Shown in pieces: positions 12,121 through 25,244 of a stretch of 64,000 nucleotides of DNA. The notes beneath the pieces are model-generated. The model had not been told where the DNA came from. It did no database searches and saw nothing but the letters and a program-made list of their open reading frames with translations. Position 1 is the first letter of the stretch. Each line of letters opens with the position of its first letter. The position numbers and the translations under genes were made by a program. The stretch lies in contig NC_059427.1 of assembly GCF_021028975.2 (NCBI RefSeq), positions 105,834,001-105,898,000 of the forward strand, given 5' to 3'. The DNA is from Sphaerodactylus townsendi. Its lineage: Eukaryota.

Positions 12121-15100
12121 CATCTGTCCCTATCTAGCTTGTACCTAAAGTGCATAAATGGAGCCTTGCTGCCTCCATGTTTATGGCAATTTGTGTCTGG
12201 CCTAAGCTAGTAGGACATAACAAAGACTACCTGCTTCCATCCAGAGAAGCTGCAGACCCGGACTCTTGTGCAAAGTTTATGCTGCTGGGAATACTCAGAG
12301 ACAACCCAGAGCAAAGCAGGTGATTATTATTAGTATTTTGGTTGGGGCTTCCCAGTGATATTGGAAAGTTCCTACAAGGGGCTATGCGAAGTGGTATTTC
12401 ATGTTGCTCACATATGAAGATCTGAACACTTTCCTATAAAACTGAAGCTGCTCAAAGGAGCAAAATGCCCTCATTTTTAATTTGTCCTGTTTTATTCTTC
12501 CAACTCACTCCAACTGCCATCAGTCTCTTAAACTTTAGTTGTTGAATCTACCAAATGCAGCTTTTAAACATTTCTTCCCTAATGATAACTATTATGAAGG
12601 GAAGCAAGATCCAGCTCAACTAGCACAGGGGGCAATTAGACAGAAAAGGCCAGCTGACAGTAATTAGCCTTTTTCAAAATATGAGAGGGCATCATGGGTG
12701 TCCTCAACTTTTTGTTCTCTGGCTCACTGCTCCTTTCCCCTGCTAAATTTTTGTAGCATTGAGATAATTTTTCAGAAATAGATTTTTGTCTGCAATAGTC
12801 AGACTTTAATTTTTTTTTAATGAAGTTAACACTTGATAATTGGAGGAGAGGTCCTCTTATCCTTCAGTCTTGCAGTTTCCTCTAGGATTGAAATGATATC
12901 GGACCAAGTTCTTAATAATTAAATAATGTAATACCTGAAGCAGGACTTTAGAATGTAGTCCAGCTTCTTTGCGACTCTCCTTTTTCCCTGATGTCCTTTA
13001 GCCTTGCTTTAAATCAATCCATAGAAAGGTCACCGTCAGGATTGTGAATATGAAGATTTTAATGCCTTCCACAGTGTTGCAGCCCTTGCTTTTCCACACA
13101 TGAACCTTTTTATATTTTTTTTATTTGCCATATAAATAAATATGGAATTAACCTGTGAATAGTTTGTCAGGCTCAGGCTGAATATTTTTTTTTAGTTATA
13201 GTTTTCGTTATATAAACAATGTAATAATAAAATAACATCACTTAGAAATGTGCAGTGAGATCATAACAGATTTTACTCAGATCAGAGTAAAATGGTTTCT
13301 GGATTTAAAAAACTACTAATAGTTGCAATAACTTAATAAGAGTTGAACTTTTAAAAAAAGCTTCAGCCCTTTCAAGCCACCCCAAAGTCCGGTACCATTA
13401 GGCATTCAGTACATGGAGAACCCTATTGCTGACTGAAGTATGCAGGTAGTCAGAATTGTTTAATTCCACTTGAATCTATTTTTGACCTCAGATATACTTT
13501 ACTATTTTAAAGGTGGACCAGTGAATCAACTGCATCCATGAGATCAACGTCTTGTAACTCCATTCCTTTGGTAGGGACACTATATAGTTTTCATGTCTCT
13601 CCTCTGGTATTGTTGCAAAAGCCTCTAAACTGTTATAATCTAGTCTGCTGATGATAGAGGTCAAAAATAGATTTACCTGACACTTTATCTCATTAAGTCA
13701 TGTTCCAGTCTCTTAATGTTACTTCCCCCACCCCCAACAGGAAAGGGGAAATATCTTGCAATCAGCTAAATGAGGATTTGCTTCTCAACATGAAGCAATA
13801 TAATTAATTGGTACACTAATTAGATTGAAATGTGAAATAATTGAGTGATGAGTAATCTGTGCAGGGGAGAAATGAAGTAAATTGGATTTATTTTGTTGTA
13901 CTGCTCAATAGAAACAGGTTTCTTGGTTAATTTCAAATTGTTGGTCTGTTATTCAATAGGCTGCATTGTAAATAAATGTTTTGTTGTGAGGACAAGGCAA
14001 AACTAAAAAGGAAAGACTTCCCACTTCTGGTAACACACTATATAATTATTTTGGTCTGACTCTGTTCCATATCAAGGACTATGGGTCTTTCTTTTCCTGT
14101 TCCAAGGTGCAGCACACTGCCACCTGTGATACCTGAGCCATTGGTTGGCCATTGCCAATACATGCTATCATGTACTTCCATATTTTTATGGGCAGTTATG
14201 AAAACCAAACATTTGTCTCTTACAAAAAAAGACCATTAATACATACAACTACTAAGCTACCCTAAACTATATAACACGATTTCAGTCATGAAATCTAGGC
14301 CCTGCATTTAAAATCTTGTTATATTCAGTTATTGTAACAGTAATAATGTATGTACTCCCATTTTCTGTGTATGTACGCAAAACATTTGGTATTAATATGT
14401 GAGTTTCCAACATAGGGATTTAGATTCTAATGCACAGCTAGATTCTACCACTTCATTATATCTGACAGACAAACCAAAGATAGTTTGACTTTACACAAGT
14501 CATGATCTGACTGAAATTGTAACAGTGGGACTGCATAGGTGGAAGCGAAGGCAACATTAGATCCTCAGGCATCCTGCCAAGTAACAATGCATAAATCAAA
14601 ATGAACACAGCTTGACTTGCAGACCTTAGGAAAAGTTTGTCAGGCTTTCAGTTAGAAAATAAACAATCACTATGACGGCAAGCCGAAATGTCTGATTTCC
14701 AGGCTGAATGCCATAGTACCACTTTCCAGTCCATTTCAAGCTAGGGTTAGATTTTAAACAGCTTGGGAGCAGAGCCAAAATAAGGAAAGACAAAATATCT
14801 GTGCAAGTGCTGAACTGAGTGTTGGTGATGTTCAGTATAAAAGTTTCCATGTGGGAGGAAGGGAGCCCGCCAGAATCTTCAACACATATTGTTGTGTGTT
14901 TCCACAGCCATTGTTTCTGCTATTGTTGTTTCTATGCGCTGTTTTCTTATCTTGAAAAGTTTTTTTCATCACACAGTCCCATCCCTCAGAAGTCACATAA
15001 TGAATGTGATGACTTCAAGGTGCCACAGCTACTCAGATATGATTACATGACTGCCCTGTTTAGGAAGAAAAAACAACAACCCTTTTATCGATTGGCCTCT

Positions 15101-18062
15101 TTCTGAAGCCAGTGGGCACCATTTTTTTCAGTATTGTTTGGATTCAGGTTTATTGGACCCGAAAGGTTTTGGGAAATGGCAAAAAAAGTTGAATACCCAT
15201 ACTGGTGAATAGGAGTTTTCAGATTTTTTTCTGGATATCCAAATTTGGGCAGTCTTGCACACCGCCTCAGAAATTGAAGCTTTGGTGCTGTGGTTGCTTT
15301 TCATCACTGGCTCTCCTTTCCCAACCTCCCACTTCTGCAAAGAAGAATGTTAGGCAGAAACAAATCTTGATGAACTTCATTATTTCTGGCACTCATTTGG
15401 TTCTGCTGATTTCTCTTTGGCACTTCCTTTAATTCCTCCAGCATCTTCTTGGTCCCTAGGGTGAGCTCCAGAGTTGCAACATTCTTCTCCCCAAAGTTTA
15501 CTCCCAAAAGGCAGCTCAGGCAATGCCTACTGCTGCTGTTGGGAAGGCTCAACAATAGCTGGAGGAGGGGCGACCTGAGCAGCAAACTCCTGCCCACAGC
15601 CAGCACCTCCAGTCACCTGTTCAGGTAGTGCCACTCCATCTGCTGCCTCAATAAAGAGTGCCTTGCAGGGCTTCTTCATTGCACCAGTCCAGCCAGAAGT
15701 TGGATAGTGGAAGGCAGCTGAGAAGCAGACCTCCTCTTAGATGGGTGTGGGCGGGAGCTGCAATCCTCCCCTCCCCTCTTCTAATCTTCACGTTTGCCCC
15801 CCCCCCCCTTGATTTCCTTCCAGTCTCTCATTGTACCCCCAGGCCAAACTCTCACTAACCAACAGAAGGAAGTTAAATACCTAACTACCTGTCCTGCACT
15901 GCAATCTAACAGACCCAGAAAGCTTTTTAAAAACCTCCCTCAAGAAAACTAAGGTTTTGTTTTGTAACAAGTCACTTAACCTGACCTTGCTTCAAAGTAT
16001 TATTTATTTAGATTTGTTTAAAGAACAACTGCCTAGTGTCTTTTTATTATAGAACCTGTCTAAAGTTAACGTGCAACTATCATGGAGGTAGAATGTTAAA
16101 ATAAGAAAAAGTAACTCCACTAACACCCAATCCAGTGTGTGTGTGTGTGGGGGGGAGGGGCTGAAGTGACTCCTGGAAGCAGTGAGTTCCTATGCCAGCG
16201 GAAATGCCCTCCCTGGGGCACTTGCTCTGATGGAGGGGCAAATCCACTGACAGGTGGCTGGCACAGCCTCCTGGGGGATGCCCCAACACAGCACTAAGCA
16301 CTGTATCAGTGTCCCCACATTGCCACCAGCCCTACCAGCATAGCAAGGGTATTCAGAAGGTGTATCCGGGGTGGAGCCAGCATTGTTTGGCTGCCACTTG
16401 CCTTTGCTCTGGAATCGCAGAAGCCCCAGACTCCAACCTGAGCCACCCAAAAGGGTGGTGTAGGTCCATGGAGCTTTATGGAAGACTTTCTGAAAGTGGG
16501 GATGGCTTTTACTTTTCTGTTTTGCCTCAACATGCTGCTGAAAAAACACTCTGGAGGCTCCATGATGGCAGCAGCACCATTACTGTTCGCCGATGCCTCC
16601 CCCTGTGATATTAAACATTTGGGTCTCCACCTGCTGTCCCAGCTACCACTCAGCAGGGTGGCAGGCAAAACAGTATAGGACAAAGAGTTGTCACACCACT
16701 GGATGTGACATAACATGTTACAATTCCCCAAATATCTGTGGCCTGGTGGCATTTATAGTTGAGGGTAATGGAGATGCTATCCTCATGCTCTCTGCCATGC
16801 TGCAGTGGTGATGTCTGTTGCAATATGGAGCATCTAGTGCATAAAAGAAGAAGCTCCTACAGAGCAAGCATATGAGAAAGCCAGCCAGATGGATACAATG
16901 GGCAGTACCTTCTATTAACAGCTACAAATCACATAAGTAAATAAAAAAAAATGTTTGCTTCTTTTCGCCCTTTAAGGCTTCCTGTTTCTTCTCTTTTCCT
17001 TCTGTCAGCCATGTAGCAAGGATGTTTAACTGATCTCTCTTTCTATCCAACAATGTTAGTTCCTCAATACATTGCTTCGTATCTTTAATTGTCTTGATTT
17101 TATTGCGTACTAAATAATAACTCTGCTGACAGTTTCATTGTCAGCCTTGTGGGCCACAGGACATTGGGTCTGGCCTAGATCTAGAGGCACCTAATGCAAG
17201 ACTGTTTGCCAGAGAATGGGGAAGGAGAAGGATATTCAGATGCACATCGGAATGCACACTGTTAAAGTAATTCAGTGTAGCTGTTGCAGATGCTGAAACA
17301 ATGCCTTTCTTTCAATGAAAGAGCCTTTAGATAATAATCCCCATCTTCAGCCTATTGCAACTAGATAGGGGCTGAAGCGGTAACTGTGGGATCCTTTACA
17401 TCTTTCCACAAAATGGTGATGTATATATGATAATTTAAGTAAACCCGAACTCACTTCTATTTGGGCTAGAAATAATTCATGTAGAATTATATCACTTATA
17501 TCGTCAGAACAGTTTTGTGCCTTTTCATAAGAGGGACAAAAAAAAATCATTAGAACTTCACATGTAGACAAAAAGGATGAGAAAAATGTATTTTGCACTT
17601 GCTTCTTTTCCCTTCTGTATTAATATTTTTTAAATGCCTAATAAAGGTTACTGAACTGAACTATTAATATTTTATTTATTGTATATTTCATCTTGCTCTT
17701 CTCCCAGTGGGAACCCAAAATGCAACACAGTTTAAGCATATTTCCATAAAACACAGTATAAATACAACCAAACAATCATAACTCATACTAGGCTGTCCAC
17801 CAGATCATTCCCACAGGCCAGTCACTTCAGCATGTACCCCCAGGCATGCCCAGGTTTTGTAATGAAGATGCTGGGTACGCTGTCATATAATTTTCACCAG
17901 CCATGATCACTCATAAGCTGAGTCTTATATCTCTTTGCCTTGCCATTAAAAGGTGTTGGAGAAGTGTCAGGGTTTGATTTCCTTCTGCCTTGTGGCCACT
18001 TTTGCATATGCACAGTAGTTAAAATAATTAATCCACAGGATCATGGATGGTTGAATCAGGTA

Positions 18063-18137
18063 GAAGAAGAAGAAGAAGAAGAAGAAGAAGAAGAAGAAGA
18101 AGAGGAGGAGGAGGAGGAGGAGGAGGAGGAGGAGGAG
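18063..18137 (+). repeat. Compound microsatellite (GAA)13(GAG)12
   Basis: Read directly. It is the SINE tail. Confidence 0.95.
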
Positions 18138-18423
18138 TTTGGATTCATATCTCCCCCTTTCTCTCCTGCAGGAGACTCAAAGGGGTTTACAATCTCCTTG
18201 CCCTTCCCCCCTCACAACAAACACCCTGTGATGTAGGTGGGGCTGAGAGAGCTCCGAGAAGCTGTGACTAGCCCAAGGTCACTCAGCTGGTGTGTGTGGG
18301 AGTGTACAGTCTAATCTGAATTCCCCAGATAAGCCTCCACAGCTCAGGCGGCAGAGCTGGGAATCAAACCTGGTTCCTCCAGATTAGATACACGAGCTCT
18401 TAACCTCCTATGCCACTACTGCT
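18063..18423 (-). mobile_element. Full-length gecko Squam3-like SINE with expanded compound tail
   Basis: On the minus strand: tRNA-like head AGCAGTAGTGGCATAGGAGGTTAAG, B-box-like GGTTTGATTCCC, body, and ATCCAAACTC followed by (CTC)n(TTC)n. Homologous to 31228-31525 and 51721-52011. Confidence 0.9.
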
Positions 18424-21400
18424 AGTAGGAGAATGACAGTTCCCATTATCCATCAAAATGCCTGCACATGACATAACATTGATAACACTGACTTAGAAGA
18501 ACATCATCCTTTTTTTTCTAAAAACAGAATTTATTTACAATAATTGACTGACAGATTTGGTCACTCATTCTTTAAACAATTGTCTGCAAATAGGTGTGTG
18601 GTCCCAATGGATCTGGCCCAGGGAATGGAGCTCTGGTCGGTGGTGTAAGAATGTGTGAAATGTTGCTGACCGCACTGTACTGTTTGAATATGTGGAAATC
18701 TACCAAACAGGCTCAAGCTGTTCATGAAAAGTCAAGTTGCCTGAAAAAAATGGCTCCTTGTGTGTGACTAGCAAGCAGAGTGTGAGCTGAACCAGTAAGT
18801 ACTTGAAGTAGTTCTATGGTAGAAGACAAATACCGGTAATAGTGGAATAGTCAAGGTGGGTTAGTTTCCCCTGATCTTTTCCTAATAGTTCTGTATCAAG
18901 GCTGCTCAACTGTCAGATTTTTCTTCCACTGAGTGTCACAAGCTTGCATTTCGAGGTTCATTCCTTCCTACCTGCTTTGCGATGAGTCGCTCTTAGGCAG
19001 TCGTCAACACATCAAGCTTGGACAAGACTGAAGTTTTTATTACATTTACACTATATTTTTAATGAAGTTATCAGTAGGTAGGCTATTCGTGCTTCTGACT
19101 GACATGACAATTCCTCCCAGCTCTATTTAATTTAAAGTAGTACATTAACATTTTCTCCTTCTCCTCAGAATTCAATTACATTTCAACCTAAAAACTTTTG
19201 TAACAGTCTAAAGAGCATAATGATTGATTCAAGAAAGCTTTTTGACTTTCTGTAGAACCAGATATGCCCAAAGTGAAGGTATCTTAAATAATGCACTGGG
19301 CTCTCATGTAATTTTAGCAGATCATCTCTGGAATAGATAATTTGGGAACATTTTGCTAAATGAATGTACTCTTCTTGACTCTTATGGTAAATCAAAAGTG
19401 AGGATCTATGTAGCAACCAGTTTTGTTTTGTCCACTTGAACTTTCCCCCCACCCCTGACCCAACTTTTGACCCATCTGTTCAAAGGTTTTTTGTGTTATA
19501 CAAAATGGTGATGTATATATGATAATTTAAGTAAACCCGAACTCACTTCTATTTGGACTAGAAATAATTCATGCAGAATACAAGAAGCAAAGCAACCAAA
19601 CTACACTATTAAAATAATAAGTTATTTCAGAATACTTCAAGGATGGCTTATACAATGAAATACTTGAGACTGCGGCCAATTCTCATTACTATCTCAGAGC
19701 CTGCAACTTTCACATTTCTAAAACTAGCTTTCAGCACTGCCTGTTTGGGAGACCATATTGACCAATCTAAACTCTTTGGAGGAAGAGGGTTTCCAATGTT
19801 TCAAGTTAAATAATTTCATGAGGTAGATGCTTGTGCCGTAGAGACACATTTAAGATGCCACAGTATTACTGGTTATTTTACTAATAATAGATTAACCATG
19901 GTGGCCCTTTTTAGTTGCTGAGGAGAAGACTCAGCCCAGAGTAATTTCACCAAAGATCCCTACTGAATTTAGCTTGATTATTATGTGGCCTACTACAAAT
20001 GCTTCAAATCAGAGTCTCCGCTCTTCTCCCCCACAAGGTTTACTTTATTAAAAATTAAAATTGAACAAGAGTTGGCTTTCATACTCTACGTTTCTCAACC
20101 TGTAAAGAGTCTCATAGTGGCTTACAACTGCTTTACCTTCCCTTCCCCACAAAAAACACCTTGTGAGATAGGTGAGAATTGTAACTAATGCAAGGTCACC
20201 CTGCAGGCTTCCCAAAACTATAGGTTCTGAAGGGGTCCAAAAAATCCCAACTAAAGGTCCTATACCTTTCGACAGACCCAACAGTTTTAATATGAGAACA
20301 ATGCTTTTTGGATTATGATTTTATTATTAGATTAAATTGAAATTAAAGAAAAGTCCATTCCCTTATGAGAACATTTTCATGTGATAAAACCTGTAGCCCA
20401 CTCTTGGTTGAAATATTTTATATGCTTTATATATTCATTTTTGAATTCCTCTTCATCAGAAAGCAGCCCATTTTGTAATGTCAAGCCCTGCTTAGAGTCG
20501 AAGGTTAATCCTTTAGCTTTTCAGACAGTGTTATGTAGATATTATATTGATACATTTAACTATTTCTGATAAATGTTAATGACTGCTACTGCCCTTATTT
20601 TATCTTCATCTTCCAATTTGGATCAGAAGCATGGCATATACCATTTTCCTGACCTGAGATGCACTCAGGGGGGCTATTTGCCCCATTGTACAAATGTTAC
20701 ATTTAGCTCTTAAGTACACACACAGACCCCATACGGAGTCATTTTGGGTCAGGAAAATAGTGCTGTGGAAAGCTGAAGCCTCTTTTCTCTATGTACCATA
20801 ATTCAGTCCAAATCAGGCCTGTGTGCATACAGGAAGTATGGAACTGCAGAACAAGTTTCTCTGTTTGACTGGGGACATCCTTAGGGAAAAGGTAATGAAT
20901 AGTCGCACTCTTAAAATTCCTTTTTCCTCAAAATAAGGTCATATAGTTAGCAACCTTTTCTCCTTCCATTTTGACAAATAGCCACACTAATCAATATGCA
21001 ACATGTTTCTTTGTAACTAAAGAGAAACATTTTTTGTTCTGGAGGAGAAAAAGCACTTAATTGAAAACTTTGTAAAATTTTAGGTTTTAATAGCCCTGTT
21101 CTTGACATTTTTCTATGCATAAAAGCATATTGCTAACATATTAAGTTAAAGTGATCTTAAAGTTCTTTCATATGTAGATTTATGCATCTCATTTTTAAGG
21201 CAGCTTTTTCATTATTTAAGAGTATACATGAATTTTGCCTTGGAAATAAGATTTCATCTCATCACTTGTGCTGTTCAGGATTTACAATTTAGGTGATTTA
21301 ATGAGATAATTTAATGAGGTTTAAGATTAGATGTCATCATTTTACTGTTACCAGTCAGCGTTTTATTTCGTTAAGCCTCCAGATGTGCTGTCACTGTACT

Positions 21401-22619
21401 TTGCACCTGGATGTGGTAGTTTGGGATTAAAATCCATGTGGTTCTTCAGGTTAAGGAGTTTTTGACCATTATTTTCAATGAGGAATGTATGTGAGGGTCT
21501 GAGACATCTGTTTATAAAGAAAATGACACCAAATTCATCCAGAGGACAGTCCTCCCTCTACTCTAAAGGCCACCTAATGTTCAAGCAGATTGAGCCTTGC
21601 GAGGATAGGGTGGGATATAAATTAAATAAATAAATAAGCAATGGAGTTTGGTTCTACAGAGGCTCAAAGGAGGCGACTCAGTGCTGCCACACTTCTCTCT
21701 ACTGATTCCTACAATGGAGAACAAGCATCAGTCTAGCAGAAGAGCTCCAGCTGGCCAAGGCATTAAAAATTTGTCCACATCCATTGTATTTTCCTTCTTA
21801 CAGTGATTAACAATAAGAACATTTTATATTTTTATTGAAAACTCTGCATTTGCTGTCCTTCCTTGTAGTGGTCTGTTTCTTTTCACAAGGTGAAAATTAT
21901 TTCTTCATAGAACTTCCACCCTCCAGTCTTTTCCCGTTGATCTGCCATTATTTGCTATGGAGAAGCTTTTGGGAGTGGGGGGAGGGGGCAGAGTGGCTGT
22001 TTTTCAACCAAACATGAACAAAATGTTAATGGAGTGGGTGCCTATCTTCTAAAGAATCCACAAGTTTAAAGCAAATTGCAAAAAGTTGTCAAATTCTACA
22101 GCCCTTGAAGAAGCTGCCCCAATTTCTCTATCTTTCAAAGAACAAAAGGGCTCTCCAGTCGCCCACTGGAGGGAGCTTGTTTCTCTGAAGCTTATCGCCA
22201 AATGTGATTGACTGGGAGTGCTCTGTGCTCCTCCCTTCCAAGAATCTGATTGGAGTGAAGAAATGCCATTTTTCAGGAAATCAGTGGAACCTAAGAAAAA
22301 TACATGTGGATATTGCTTTGCTGGTAAGCACCTAAAGTAAAAAAAAACAAACTCAAATTGTTCAGGTAGAGCAGTTTGGTATACCAACAATCCTGGATTT
22401 GTATTCTCATTCTAGAAAATCACTATGCTGACCCAAACCAGCAATTTCCATGTATATCTTCAGCTCAGTAATTTTGCTAGGCACACCTCTATATTCTATT
22501 ATAAAATATACTACTGAGTTACTCTTTGAAATCCAGGTCAGGCTGTAGCAAAGTTTTTTTTTCAGCTGGACATAATTAAGAAATTTTCTTTCCTTCTACA
22601 CTTGACCAATCTGGTTTTG

Positions 22620-22860
22620 AGTCTTGATAACTACATTTCACTCTATGTAAGGCTTTCCTCCCCGATAACACAGAAATTCTAGCTGCTGCAGAATGCAGTT
22701 ACTCATCTGAATAGGAAAATTTGAACATATAACCCTCTGTTGAAGTAACTGCACTGACTTCCAATTTGTTTCCAGGTTCAATTCATGACGTTGCTTATTA
22801 TCTTTAAAGACCTTTGTAACCTAGGAACCACTTATCTGACCACTTATGTCTATTTGGGTA
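22620..22860 (+). mobile_element. Old L2 ORF2 3' fragment
   Basis: Degenerate reading of L2 C-terminal motifs: LQLLQNA (CTAGCTGCTGCAGAATGCAG), EHITPLL (GAACATATAACCCTCTG), LH*LPI..RVQF. Confidence 0.6.
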
Positions 22861-25244
22861 TAAATCTATGAGCAAAGTTAAATCTACCCAGCAATCTCTT
22901 CCCTCTCAGCAGGGCAGCTAGACTCCACTACAAAGCAATATACCTGGAAAAATGCTACAAACTGATAGCTTTTAGAATGGCATGTAAGACCTGTTTCAGT
23001 GAGTCGCTGCAGCTGTTGGTTACCTAGGTACTGTTGTTATATGTCTGACTGACTTCTGTGTGAGTAACAGGAGGAGGGAAGGCCCATGGTATGACCTGAT
23101 CTTCATCAGCTACTCGGAGCATTTTGTAGAGAGGGAAGAGTATCTTATGCATGTTCTAAACAAATAGCCATTTGGATTATACTCTTTGAGATGGTCTATT
23201 TTCCTGTTTCGATATTATGAAGTCATTGGCCTGTGAATCAAAAAGACTTGGAAACAAAACTTTTTCTGTAATTGTGCAATTTTTTTAATGATTATATAAG
23301 ATCAATAAATTTTCTTTTTTTAAAAAGAGAGAGGGTCTGTTTTGAGTCTAAAAGGCTACCAAATAGGAAAGAGGTACCCAGATAACCCAGCAGTTTGACT
23401 TTTACTTGCCTTAATTTGATACATGTATGTGTGGTAAAATGGTGGCAACAGTTCTGACTAAAAGGCCTGTATTAAAACCTTTGATCATGTGTGTAAAGTC
23501 ACCTCAGGGCTGGGGCTGAGAAGGATGTTGGCTAAATGTGATTGGTCCCTAGGTCCATGACAGTCTAATGAAGAGAATCTTGAGCTTGCAGTGGGAAACC
23601 ATAGCAACCTTCCACTTTAGAATGCAAAGTATATAATCTATCTGTCCTTCAGTAAGTATTTTGTAGTCCAGAAATAGTCCTTGCTTAATGTGAGAATGGA
23701 AAAGGTCAGGCAATTGAACCCAAGTGACTCTTCAGTCTTAGAGCATTCTTATGTTGTTTGCGTACATGTTACATAATTACAGTCTGGACTCTGCTGAAGC
23801 AAGACACAGGATTGCTGGATTTTTGCTATTTAGAAACAACTAATACCACCTGTTTTTACATTGGCAACAAAAATTATTAACATGTGAAGAAACGTTCTTC
23901 CTTCATTATACTTTTTGTTTCTCCTTTCTTTTTGTGGCATCCTTTTTAAAAATTACAGTATTGTGTGATTGGAAGCATTCTTGTCATTAGCTTCTTCACT
24001 GTCGTTTTATTTAGGTATAAATAACTCCCTGAATGCTCAGTAATTATATAGTATTGAAGATCCTTGACAACTTGTTAATGCATAAGTGCAACTGGCCAGA
24101 ACCATCAGCTTCTGTACTAGAGAACTGCAAAAGGTCAATGAGACAGTTTTATTGCTAGTCTTGGGGAAACCTTCAGCATAGTGAAATCTATGGCAACAGC
24201 TGCATTTAAAAAAGCCTCATGTTTTGAGGGTCAGAGTAACATTGATATTCCAGATGTCTGAATGAGTTTTTTCAGCAGAACTTTTAACAATACCATGTTT
24301 TAAAAGGCTAAAACATCAAGGATCGTGCAGAAAGTCAAAGGAAGGAAAGTGTTTTGCAGAGCAATTAAAATGTTTAAAGGAGACTTGGTTCTGACCTTGA
24401 ATGCCCATATTGGTAGGTTTCAAAAAATATTAAATCCATCTACATTTTTGAGAAAAGACTGAGTGACATAATTATCATTGTGCACACATGCAAAACCAGA
24501 AGAATAAGTGGGCATTAAGTTACTCTTGAAAATTTCTCATTCCAGGTTTAGAATTGCCAGGCACCTGAAATTGTGATGTGAATAATGAGTAGGAAGCAAC
24601 TTGCCAAAGATTTTTCTTGCTTTTACAAAGAATATTTTTATCATACAGTGTTAGTTTTTAAATGGATACAATATTAATTGGTCTGCATTTAGTATGAAGA
24701 ATATTCAGTGATCTTGGAAAATTAGAAGGCATACACCATCAGTGCAAATGGTTAAAATTCCAAATATGGATGGCCTTATGCAAGCAATTTGCAGAAACGA
24801 GACATAAAAATTGCAGGTATAATTTTGCTTTCCAATGGGGGGAGCTGTTGATACATGCTTTCCCCCCGTTTAACTCAGTGCTCATTAAACACTATGAGTT
24901 GCAGTATATTTAAACTAGGTGTTTCAGATAGAGTTGCAAAATTATTTCTACATATAATTCCAGGGCTGAGAAGTACCAGAAAAGACGGTAAAGGAAGATA
25001 GTTTTATAAAAAGGATTCAGATTTAACCTCCCACAAAAATGATTTTCAAGTTCCAAAAGAAAATACGTCAGCTCACTGAAGGGAGAAAAATGTTATCACT
25101 TTGACAAATAGAGTAAGAAAATATGCATTTGAAGTTTGGAAACTTTTTATCTCCTTCAGATAATGTTCTCAGAGTTGAAGATGTATTTTCTGCATGGCAT
25201 GTGTTGCATTTAATATTCATTTGGCTTATGGAATGAAATAGAGT

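Noticed and set aside
16080-16810. GC-elevated block with GTHCFQ resembling a tyrosine recombinase HSFR motif
   Set aside because: A single weak motif with no supporting upstream or downstream residues in any frame.
17940-18271. Poly-Glu and poly-Arg/Gly ORFs
   Set aside because: They are translations of the (GAA)(GAG) SINE tail.
18970-19030. Possible minus-strand exon (CAG...CAG|GTAGGA)
   Set aside because: Stops in all three frames and a weak polypyrimidine tract.
23400-24850. Possible very old CR1-like relic
   Set aside because: Only a vague resemblance. I could not read any diagnostic motif.
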